Origin: a virus
Lineage: Duplodnaviria > Caudoviricetes
Virus record (IMG/VR): IMGVR_UViG_3300005686_000008
Length of the DNA stretch: 64,000 bases
Strand: one strand, 5' to 3'
Below, piece by piece: positions 9,003 through 16,257 of the stretch (positions are counted from its first letter, which is position 1; each line of letters begins with the position of its first letter). The notes under the pieces are model-generated. The model saw only the letters and a list, made by a program, of their open reading frames with translations, had not been told where the DNA came from and ran no database searches. Position numbers and translations under genes: made by a program.

Positions 9003-9518
9003 ATGGCAAAGCTCGCTCTCCTCAACCTCGCCGCCTTCGAACTCGCCCGCCGTCGCATCGCCGAACGGAACATTACCCTTCCGAACGATGAACAGATCAT
9101 GGCTGGCAACTACAGCGTTCGCGTTTTCAACAGCCCCCGGCACAGCGATATCTACGTCATGCAACTTCTCTCCACCTTGTTCCGTACCCAACCGAACAAG
9201 GCGGCGGAAATCGCCCTCAAGATCCACGACAGCGGCGATGAGGGAGTTACAATCTTCACCGGCAGCCGCGATAACTGCCGCAACCTCATGCGGGCGTTGG
9301 CGGCTTGGGGCGGCGATGCCGCCGCAAACCTCGCCCTCCGCATCGACAATGACAAGGGACTGTACGCCGAAATGACCGACAACCGCAGCGGCGAAATCGT
9401 ACAGCGCAGCGGCGATGAGGATGAAGGGGCCGACGATGCCGCTCCCCAACTCGCCCCCGCCGTCGCTCCGCCCGTTCGCCCGCTCGATGCGGTTTTCGCT
9501 CGGCTTCTCGGCAACTAA
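9003..9518 (+). CDS. divergent ClpS-like protein
   Basis: YSVRVFNSPRHSDIYVMQLLSTLF...AAEIALKIHDSG...TIFTG resembles the ClpS fold. Confidence 0.6.
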   Translation: MAKLALLNLAAFELARRRIAERNITLPNDEQIMAGNYSVRVFNSPRHSDIYVMQLLSTLFRTQPNKAAEIALKIHDSGDEGVTIFTGSRDNCRNLMRALAAWGGDAAANLALRIDNDKGLYAEMTDNRSGEIVQRSGDEDEGADDAAPQLAPAVAPPVRPLDAVFARLLGN

Positions 9519-9551
9519 ACTTTCCTCGCCAAAGGAAAGTAGTAAAGGACA

Positions 9552-9639
9552 GGCAAGGGACTCTGCCTCCGAGACTCGTTCTCGGAGGGGCGTTCAGAGG
9601 ACAGCGGACGGGAAGTAACGCGCCCGAGCCGCACTTGCC
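9552..9639 (+). ncRNA. candidate structured RNA (multi-stem junction)
   Basis: Closing stem GGCAAG/CTTGCC; inner stems CTCTG/CAGAG, CCTCCGAG/CTCGGAGG and GCGG/CCGC. Confidence 0.4.
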
Positions 9640-9710
9640 ATTTAAGCCAATCTAATCGTTATGAGTGAAAGCCGCATCCGAACTAAACTTCGCGCAAGAA
9701 AGTTATAAGC

Positions 9711-9920
9711 ATGGGACTCGGAAAGAAAATCGACGGCAAGTATCAACCCATCAGTAATTACGAAGGCTCATGGGCCGACGTAATGAAGAAGGCAAGAGAA
9801 AGAACTCGCCGCGAAGCCGAGAAGGACAAGAGGCCCTCATCCTTGCTCGCCTACGAAGGAGTCCATACCCTCTCCAACGGCGTCAAGGTTGAGTTTACAA
9901 ATACCAACCGCATCGACTAA
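9711..9920 (+). CDS. hypothetical protein
   Basis: Between motif A copies; stop lies in the motif. Confidence 0.7.
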   Translation: MGLGKKIDGKYQPISNYEGSWADVMKKARERTRREAEKDKRPSSLLAYEGVHTLSNGVKVEFTNTNRID

Positions 9921-9944
9921 ACTTCTAGGGGAAGGATTAGAAAC

Positions 9945-10262
9945 ATGGTAGACTACAATGCTCCATTGTTTCAGCATCCCCAAGAGACTTGGGACAAGGC
10001 GAAATGCGAGAAACTCGCCAAGTATCGCCATGTCGATGCTTTCGGAACCAAGCAAAGCCGCAAGGGGTTTCTAGGCTCGGGCGCAGCCATCCCCGCAAGG
10101 TTCGGCATAACTCGTTACAACGGAGGATGCGAGCGTAATGGCGAATGGTGGCAAGGCGAGAATTTTCCCTTCCCCATCCTTGCCGAAGGGTTTGAGATTG
10201 TTTACGTTCTGACTTGGGGATGGTACATTCAACGTAAGGCAGGCAGCCATGAACGTCAATGA
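9945..10262 (+). CDS. hypothetical protein
   Basis: AAGGA RBS after motif A. Confidence 0.7.
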   Translation: MVDYNAPLFQHPQETWDKAKCEKLAKYRHVDAFGTKQSRKGFLGSGAAIPARFGITRYNGGCERNGEWWQGENFPFPILAEGFEIVYVLTWGWYIQRKAGSHERQ

Positions 10263-10440
10263 TGGAATTTTCTACCTCTACTCCGACGATGAGAAGGGGT
10301 TTTGGAACAACGAGAGCGGCTGGGGTTCGCTCGAAACGGCGCAAGAGTATTTGGAGGAGGACTTGCATGGGTACATCCCTAAAGGTTCTCGGTTCGTTTC
10401 CGCAAGCGAAGCCGAAACCCTTTGCGATGACCCAAACTAA
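10249..10440 (+). CDS. hypothetical protein
   Basis: Overlaps the previous gene; stop lies in motif A. Confidence 0.65.
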   Translation: MNVNDGIFYLYSDDEKGFWNNESGWGSLETAQEYLEEDLHGYIPKGSRFVSASEAETLCDDPN

Positions 10441-10481
10441 ACTTTCGCGCAGGTACTTCTAGGTAGAAAGGACTCTATCCC

Positions 10482-10721
10482 ATGAAGGTTGAAATCCGTC
10501 ATCTCAAGACCCTCAGCCAGCCCAACGGCGAACTCATCGAAATCGTTGAAGTTAACGCCCAAACCATGAACGCCGAACAAATCCAAACAAAGGTTGGTTC
10601 GGCCCTCATCAGCAAGGGCATCGAACTGTTCGGCTCCGAATTCCAATCGGTCGGCAACAACTCCATCTTCGGCGGTTACGTTCGTAACAAGGCCAACGGC
10701 GAATGTATCATCGCCGTTTGA
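10482..10721 (+). CDS. hypothetical protein
   Basis: AAGGA RBS. Confidence 0.7.
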   Translation: MKVEIRHLKTLSQPNGELIEIVEVNAQTMNAEQIQTKVGSALISKGIELFGSEFQSVGNNSIFGGYVRNKANGECIIAV

Positions 10722-10858
10722 GGAGAAACTAAACTTCCGTCGCGGAAGTTAAGAGTATGAAATACAACTCTACTTTCTGCGGCTCGCAAACTCCCCCAAC
10801 TTGGCGTTGGGGGAATCTTTTTGCGCCAGGCTAAACTTCCTGAAAAGAAATGAGAAGC

Positions 10859-11071
10859 ATGGCAACTCAAACAGTCAAATCTCGTTCAAGCAAGCCCCGT
10901 TCAAGCAAGCGGACCCATCTCAACATCAATGTTTCTCTCGAAGTCGATGATGTTGTCAGAGTCGCCGGCTGGCATAAAGCCAACCACATGCTCAACCGCG
11001 TTCTCGCCTTCGCTGCAAACAACAAGGGACGCATCAGCCTCAAGGTAACAAAGCCCACGACGAAGGGCTAA
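10859..11071 (+). CDS. basic hypothetical protein
   Basis: After motif A at 10829; start at 10850 or 10859. Confidence 0.6.
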   Translation: MATQTVKSRSSKPRSSKRTHLNINVSLEVDDVVRVAGWHKANHMLNRVLAFAANNKGRISLKVTKPTTKG

Positions 11072-11180
11072 CAACGGAGCATGGTACGGGTAAAGGGCGA
11101 GCAGCCTAACCCAGCCCGCAAGGGTATGGGTTCCGTACCGATTTAATGAGGACTAAACTTTCCTTCCAACAATCAAGAGC

Positions 11181-11372
11181 ATGTTGAACTGGAACATTGA
11201 CAAGATGAGAGGGGCAGATAAGAACAGCGTTGAGGTTCAGCTCTTCAATGCAGAGAACGCTCTCTCAAACTGGCGCGAGGATGTAGCGAAAGGGTATTGC
11301 CGTTATGATGCTGGCGAGGAGAGGAAACTCAAGGCGAAGATTAAGGAACTGAGGACTAAACTTCCCGGCTAG
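11181..11372 (+). CDS. hypothetical protein
   Basis: After motif A at 11151; last gene of the array. Confidence 0.65.
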   Translation: MLNWNIDKMRGADKNSVEVQLFNAENALSNWREDVAKGYCRYDAGEERKLKAKIKELRTKLPG

Positions 11373-11569
11373 AACCCCCTCCGTTGGGGCGCAGTGGAAG
11401 GGATGCTCTCTCACTCATAATGATTAACATCACAGAGGCACCCCATACCCCTCGCCCGCCCCTTCAGGAAAAGTAAGATATCTATATTTCAAAGGAGTAC
11501 CCTAGAGTATACTCAGTTACAGAAAGAAGGTATCCTCAAAATGTCGATATTATTTTAGGAGGATACCGC

Positions 11570-12004
11570 ATGCCATATAAAAGTGTAGAAAAAAGAACTG
11601 AATGGAAAAGAGAATGGGCAAAGAAAAATAAAGACAAAATACAAGAATATGCCAAGCGATATTATGATAAGAAAAAGAACAGCCTACCAAAGTCTGTAAG
11701 AATAAAGAAGACAAAAGAAGAGATAAAAGAAACAGATACGGTTGCAAGAAAAAGAAGAATACAAAGAAATAGAGAATATATCAATTCTATAAAACAAGGA
11801 AACAAGTGTTTGAAATGCGGAGAATCTCATATTTCATGTTTAGTTTTTCATCATAGAGATAGAAGAGAAAAAGAATATACGATTAGCGATATGGATAACA
11901 TGAGTCTTGAAACAATAAAGAAAGAAATAGAGAAATGCGATATGCTTTGTCATAATTGTCATGCTAAACTACATTATGAAGAAAGAGGGTACGCCGTCAC
12001 TTAA
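11570..12004 (+). CDS. HNH endonuclease (homing-type)
   Basis: CLKCGE...LVFHH...EIEKCDMLCHNCHAKLH; AGGAGG RBS. Confidence 0.85.
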   Translation: MPYKSVEKRTEWKREWAKKNKDKIQEYAKRYYDKKKNSLPKSVRIKKTKEEIKETDTVARKRRIQRNREYINSIKQGNKCLKCGESHISCLVFHHRDRREKEYTISDMDNMSLETIKKEIEKCDMLCHNCHAKLHYEERGYAVT

Positions 12005-12541
12005 AATTCGCAATATGGGGGATACCTTATCTCGTTCACAGCAAAGAGGTATTTTTTTGATATTGACGAATTGGTAATAGAAGACTTGCAGGAGAATGAA
12101 ATGAAAAGGATAGAAAGTAAAAACTACGCAAAATCAAAGACGGCTCAAGTAAATCAAGAAGATATAAGAAGCCGTGTTTTTGATTTTGCTAAAAAGATGT
12201 TTCATCTTGCTAAAAACGCAAGAGTGATTATTAGCATGAACGAGGTAGGAAACTTATTCGTAGGCGAATATGGATGGACAGATGAAGGCAAGAGGATACA
12301 CGATATGTCAGTAAGGGTTCTCTCCAATCCAAGGTCTTCTATTCAAGAACTTTTTGAAATCATAGAAAGCATTATAAATCTAGCAGGCGATAAAGAAGTT
12401 GCGGACGGAACCCCTCCCGGAAGAGGCCAACCTCGTGTTATTGGTCCAGAGTTGATTACTGAATATAGAAACCTAAAAGCAGAAGCCAATTTCTAAAATT
12501 AGGTATACGTCACTTAAAATTCGCGCACAGAGGGATACCTT
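11995..12541 (+). repeat. 34-bp imperfect direct repeat CGTCACTTAAAATTCGC-N7-GGGATACCTT flanking one gene
   Basis: Copies at 11995-12028 and 12508-12541. Confidence 0.8.
12101..12496 (+). CDS. hypothetical protein (N-terminal KTAQ)
   Basis: GGAGA RBS before ATG at 12101. Confidence 0.75.
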   Translation: MKRIESKNYAKSKTAQVNQEDIRSRVFDFAKKMFHLAKNARVIISMNEVGNLFVGEYGWTDEGKRIHDMSVRVLSNPRSSIQELFEIIESIINLAGDKEVADGTPPGRGQPRVIGPELITEYRNLKAEANF

Positions 12542-12624
12542 GCTTGTTTATTCCTGACCCTAATCAGAAGCCAATATAATAATACAAAGGACTAAACAAT
12601 TATATTGTGGAATCCCACAATATA

Positions 12625-13170
12625 ATGAAAGGCTTTACTCTCATCGAGTTGCTTGTTGTTATAGCGATAGTTGCGATACTCTTATCTCTTGCTATGACGG
12701 CTCTTTCAAAATCTCGTGATACAGCAAGGGGAGCCATCTGTAAAAACAATCTACACCAACTCGCAACTTCTATTCAAATGTACTCGTTTCAATATAATGA
12801 TTTACCAGACGCTTGCCTTATCGAGGGCATGATTTCAGAACATTCTCTTTCAATAAAGCTAGAAAACTTTCTAGACGCTCCAAAACCAGAAATCGGCAAA
12901 AGAGTAAACCCTTGGTGTTGTCCGTTTGACGAGCGATATTATAAACTCTGCGGAGGCAGTTATCATTATGCTCCTGCATCATTACGAAATACCTATACTC
13001 TTCCAGTTTTGAAGATTTACGAGAGTATTCCAAGGATGGCTCTTCTTACGGACATTTCTCCAAGAAAAGATAGCAGTTATCATCTTGCGAGGATTGACGG
13101 TTCGGTTATAGATGCGAATAGGACGACGCCTTTTCCTGATACAAGGTGGTTGTTTGATTATCGAAGGTAA
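12625..13170 (+). CDS. prepilin-type N-terminal cleavage/methylation domain protein (DUF1559-like)
   Basis: MKGFTLIELLVVIAIVAILL...SRDTARGAICKNNLHQL. Confidence 0.9.
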   Translation: MKGFTLIELLVVIAIVAILLSLAMTALSKSRDTARGAICKNNLHQLATSIQMYSFQYNDLPDACLIEGMISEHSLSIKLENFLDAPKPEIGKRVNPWCCPFDERYYKLCGGSYHYAPASLRNTYTLPVLKIYESIPRMALLTDISPRKDSSYHLARIDGSVIDANRTTPFPDTRWLFDYRR

Positions 13171-13189
13171 GGACTGCCGATACTCTAGT

Positions 13190-13483
13190 ATGGCAAAGAA
13201 ACCAATCAAAGAAAAGAAACTAACCAAAGAGAAGATAGCATCGCAAATTGTAAACGAAGCATGTCATCTATACAATAAGATTTTATTTGGACAAAAGAAG
13301 CTCAAAGGAACTTTTGAGGATTTACAACAAGTTTTGGTTGCTTGTATTTATTGCGTTCGAAGCAACAACTATAACGAGGCTCTTATAATTCTTGAAGACT
13401 TATCTTCTGTAAAGAGGTCTAGCAAGACCTTGCGAGACTTGATTACGAAGCACAACGATCTTACAAAGAAATCTAGCACATAA
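13190..13483 (+). CDS. hypothetical protein
   Basis: ATG 6 nt after a GCCGATAC box, so possibly leaderless. Confidence 0.65.
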   Translation: MAKKPIKEKKLTKEKIASQIVNEACHLYNKILFGQKKLKGTFEDLQQVLVACIYCVRSNNYNEALIILEDLSSVKRSSKTLRDLITKHNDLTKKSST

Positions 13484-13736
13484 CGATTTGGCTATTACGA
13501 ATAAAGTAATGGGACTTACATCCGCCCCGATGCTGTAACGAAGGTTCAAACGTTACAGAGCCATCGGGGTTCTTCGTTAATGTCCAACCATCATTCCATC
13601 TTGGCTTGATAGAAATAGCAATTTTTGAACCGCAACCGCATCCGCAAAGATGGACAGAGCAGCCATACTCTTCAGATATGTATAAAGTATCCTTTTCGAC
13701 CTCATTGGGGATATACTCGCAAAAGACAGTTTTCAT
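13473..13736 (-). CDS. DUF6527-like Cys/His protein
   Basis: HLCGCGCG...W.L...G.VTFEPSL...CKSHYFIR. Confidence 0.7.
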   Translation of the reverse strand: MKTVFCEYIPNEVEKDTLYISEEYGCSVHLCGCGCGSKIAISIKPRWNDGWTLTKNPDGSVTFEPSLQHRGGCKSHYFIRNSQIVMC

Positions 13737-13897
13737 GGATTTTTCTTTCTTTAGATTGATTCTTGGGCTATCTGTATATGCATAGCAATGTTACATCAAA
13801 CCTTGTTTTTCTATAAAGGGAGAAGGTTAGATGATGTCGAAATAAGAAGGGTACAGGATAATTTCGCGCAAAGGCATAAAGCAAGGGATTGGTTTTT

Positions 13898-15592
13898 ATG
13901 TGTGAACATTGCACAAATGATGGTTTAGAAAAGTTTGCTCTTCTCATGGGAAGGCATTTTACTATATATCCATTTCATCAATCCTTAGCAATGCTTCCGC
14001 CCGACATTCAACAGCTTACAGTCAATCGTTATCAAACGCTACTAAACAACCCTGCTTCGGGAGCGAACATCAAACCCATAACAAGAAGCAATGGAGAGAT
14101 GTATGCGGCGGAGATAACAAAAGGGCATCCTGGGTATAGGGCATTAGCCTATAAGCTAGGCGAAATCTTTGTTTGGTATTGGATTGGGGCGCATCGAGAA
14201 TACGAAAAGATGATTTATAAGAGTATTCCGGTTGAAGCCATAAGGAAAGCTCAAAAGGAGTTAGCGAACATGACAAATAAGAAATCTTCGGAATATTTCA
14301 ATCTTAGCAAAGAGGCCCAAGCGGAACCTCCTTATATTCCAGAAGGCGTACAGCCAAATCCTGAATATCAGCAAATGCTAGATAATCATGCCAAGAATCC
14401 AACTCGTTGCTCTCAGTGCGGCGAAGTTATGGACCATAAGAACGTACTAAGTCCATCGCATCCTATGATATATGATTGTCATAAGTGCGGACACAGGTTC
14501 AATCCTGATAATGAAAAGTTTACAGGAAAGTTTGCTCAGTTTGAGGGAAGCATGGGATTACCATCTATTCCTCCATCGCAACCGCCAACAGATCCTACTC
14601 TTCCAAAATCTCCTAATAACAAGTTTGATGAATGTCCGCAATGCGGAGGTCCGATGTCTGATTGGGAGGAGGGGGAGGTTGATGCTTGGAACCAAAGTAC
14701 CGAGACTCATTATACAAAGCCAAGCGGCAAAGAATACAGGACATGCGCCGAGTGCGGTTATAAAGAAGAGCAAGAAGTTTACAACCCAAGAAACGACCCC
14801 GACTATCAGTATGAGAGGATGAGGGATGACGAAATGGACGGGGGAAGATTTGCTTCATCTCTTGGCGCGAAAATTGCCGCTGGCGAGCATCCATCAAAAG
14901 GCGAAGGTCATAAGTGTATGAAGTGCGGCAAGCCAACGCAAGCTGGTTGGGGACCAACGATGTGCGCCGAGTGCGCGAAAAACGAAAAGAAGGCAGGTTC
15001 TTATTTTGATTTGTCAAAGGTATCTCAGGTGAAGAGCGAAACTTGTCCGAAGTGTCATAGCGGGTTTTTATCTCAATGGGAGATGGAGCAAAAGCCATCA
15101 GACCAAGGAACGATGGGTATAACGAACATGCTCAGTCGTTCTTGTAGCAACGATATGTGCGATTTTTATGAAACGAAGCCATATCAAGCCGAGCAGCCCG
15201 GCGGCAATCCTTGGGCCGGTTCAGACTTCTTAGGCAAGGATTCGGATATCCCGGACAGCGATTTTGGTAATAACGATTCTATTGTAGCTTCGGGATCTGG
15301 GAGGAAGACGGCTCAGTTTTTTGACGAAGCGATTCAGCAACCGAATAATGAAGTTATTCCTTGTAACAGGTGCGGCGAGCAGAAGCCTGATGTTGAGGAG
15401 AGGAACTCGTATGGGATATATGCTGGCAGGATGTGCGCTGAGTGCGCATATGATTCATACAGGGATCATTGCGGTCTTGTAAAGAATCCTGACGGAACGT
15501 ACAGCGAAGGCTCTCAGGGGGATACGAGGGAGTTAGAGGACATGGGGGAAGTTATAGAACCGGACGGCAATGACGAAATGAGATATTACTAA
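13898..15592 (+). CDS. RelE/ParE-like N-terminal domain plus five zinc-ribbon modules
   Basis: GYRALAY...VWYWIGAHREYE; five CxxC...CxxC pairs separated by KxA(Q/S/G)-type linkers. Confidence 0.75.
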   Translation: MCEHCTNDGLEKFALLMGRHFTIYPFHQSLAMLPPDIQQLTVNRYQTLLNNPASGANIKPITRSNGEMYAAEITKGHPGYRALAYKLGEIFVWYWIGAHREYEKMIYKSIPVEAIRKAQKELANMTNKKSSEYFNLSKEAQAEPPYIPEGVQPNPEYQQMLDNHAKNPTRCSQCGEVMDHKNVLSPSHPMIYDCHKCGHRFNPDNEKFTGKFAQFEGSMGLPSIPPSQPPTDPTLPKSPNNKFDECPQCGGPMSDWEEGEVDAWNQSTETHYTKPSGKEYRTCAECGYKEEQEVYNPRNDPDYQYERMRDDEMDGGRFASSLGAKIAAGEHPSKGEGHKCMKCGKPTQAGWGPTMCAECAKNEKKAGSYFDLSKVSQVKSETCPKCHSGFLSQWEMEQKPSDQGTMGITNMLSRSCSNDMCDFYETKPYQAEQPGGNPWAGSDFLGKDSDIPDSDFGNNDSIVASGSGRKTAQFFDEAIQQPNNEVIPCNRCGEQKPDVEERNSYGIYAGRMCAECAYDSYRDHCGLVKNPDGTYSEGSQGDTRELEDMGEVIEPDGNDEMRYY

Positions 15593-15675
15593 ACGTGGAA
15601 GTTTTGGATCTGCGCGAAAAAAAATGGGCCGAAAAATTTTGCGAGCGTGGCCGAGCTAAGGGAATGGGGGATTAA

Positions 15676-15873
15676 ATGTCTACATGGTATGAACTATCAA
15701 AAAAGGCGGACGGGCAGTGGCAGAACGTTGGCCTAGCTGAGGTTCAAGACAATGATACGTTTAGAGAGAAGATTCTTGATATGTACAAGAAGAGGTTTCC
15801 TATTCTTCAAATATCAAGACAATTAGGTGTTGGTCTTCATGCCGTTGAGTCAATAGTAAAAGATTCTCTGTAA
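15676..15873 (+). CDS. small HTH protein with N-terminal WY tag
   Basis: MSTWYELSKKA...ILQISRQLGVGLHAVESIV. Confidence 0.7.
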   Translation: MSTWYELSKKADGQWQNVGLAEVQDNDTFREKILDMYKKRFPILQISRQLGVGLHAVESIVKDSL

Positions 15874-15891
15874 CAAGTGTCAGGAATAAAG

Positions 15892-16257
15892 ATGGCTTGG
15901 TATAAGATAGCACAACTAGCAACAAAGCAACAACTAGTACAAGCCATTGTTCAGGTCAAAGGTACTTTAATTGATAACGGCAGTAGCGTTTCTTGCCTTG
16001 CTCCTCATAAAATGATATGGAATTCTTCTTCCAATCATGAACTAAGTATCATGTATGAGCGAGGATGGAAAAAAGGCGAAGTATATTATGAATTATTACA
16101 AGAGGTTCTCATGGGAGTTTCTCAGTGTAACGATCCAGAATGCGAGTGGTGTAGCGAATTAGGTAATGAAGGCTCTCCAATGGGATTACCATATGGAACA
16201 AATCCAAGAGATTGCATTGTTATAAATGGAGTCCTTCAGCAAAAGGGTGTTGTATAA
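15892..16257 (+). CDS. hypothetical protein with N-terminal WY tag
   Basis: MAWYKIAQ; CxxxxCxxC. Confidence 0.7.
   Translation: MAWYKIAQLATKQQLVQAIVQVKGTLIDNGSSVSCLAPHKMIWNSSSNHELSIMYERGWKKGEVYYELLQEVLMGVSQCNDPECEWCSELGNEGSPMGLPYGTNPRDCIVINGVLQQKGVV

Larger units (their letters stand above)
1..11363 (+). repeat. Dispersed array of ~33 copies of motif A, RRCTAAACTT(Y), often followed by GCGCA-AAGGA and a start codon
   Basis: Copies start at about 503, 882, 1427, 1779, 2178, 2325, 2797, 3312, 3413, 3844, 4138, 4632 (variant), 4693, 5014, 5444, 6109, 6617, 7058, 7109, 7917, 8056, 8524, 8647, 8887, 8937, 9513, 9681, 9915, 10435, 10727, 10829, 11151, 11354, with a truncated copy at position 1. 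All are on the + strand. Confidence 0.95.
2545..11425. promoter_or_regulatory. motif B, AATCRTTATGAGTGWA (5 copies on +, 1 on -, 1 degenerate on -)
   Basis: + copies at 2545, 6917, 8014, 8610, 9654; reverse copy at 11411-11425; degenerate reverse copy at 6887-6901. Confidence 0.8.

Noticed and set aside
10759-10835. 25-codon ORF with WRW overlapping a terminator hairpin, as an attenuator leader
   Set aside because: The RBS is weak and the downstream gene is unrelated to amino-acid synthesis; it is more simply a terminator hairpin before motif A.
500-11100. Long minus-strand and alternative-frame ORFs in the GC-rich zone (e.g. 543-1253, 1488-2138, 8889-9449)
   Set aside because: These are shadow ORFs of + strand genes that have RBSs and motif A punctuation; they show no recognisable motifs.
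1-11372. Motif A array as a CRISPR array (also a superficial likeness to the GACTAAAAC end of some Cas13a repeats)
   Set aside because: The conserved core is only ~10 nt, spacing is irregular (about 50-700 nt), the intervals are genes, and no cas genes are present.
1-11372. Motif A as a classical integron attC site
   Set aside because: There are no paired RYYYAAC/GTTRRRY boxes with a long imperfect palindrome and no integron integrase in the window. Kept only as a loose analogy.
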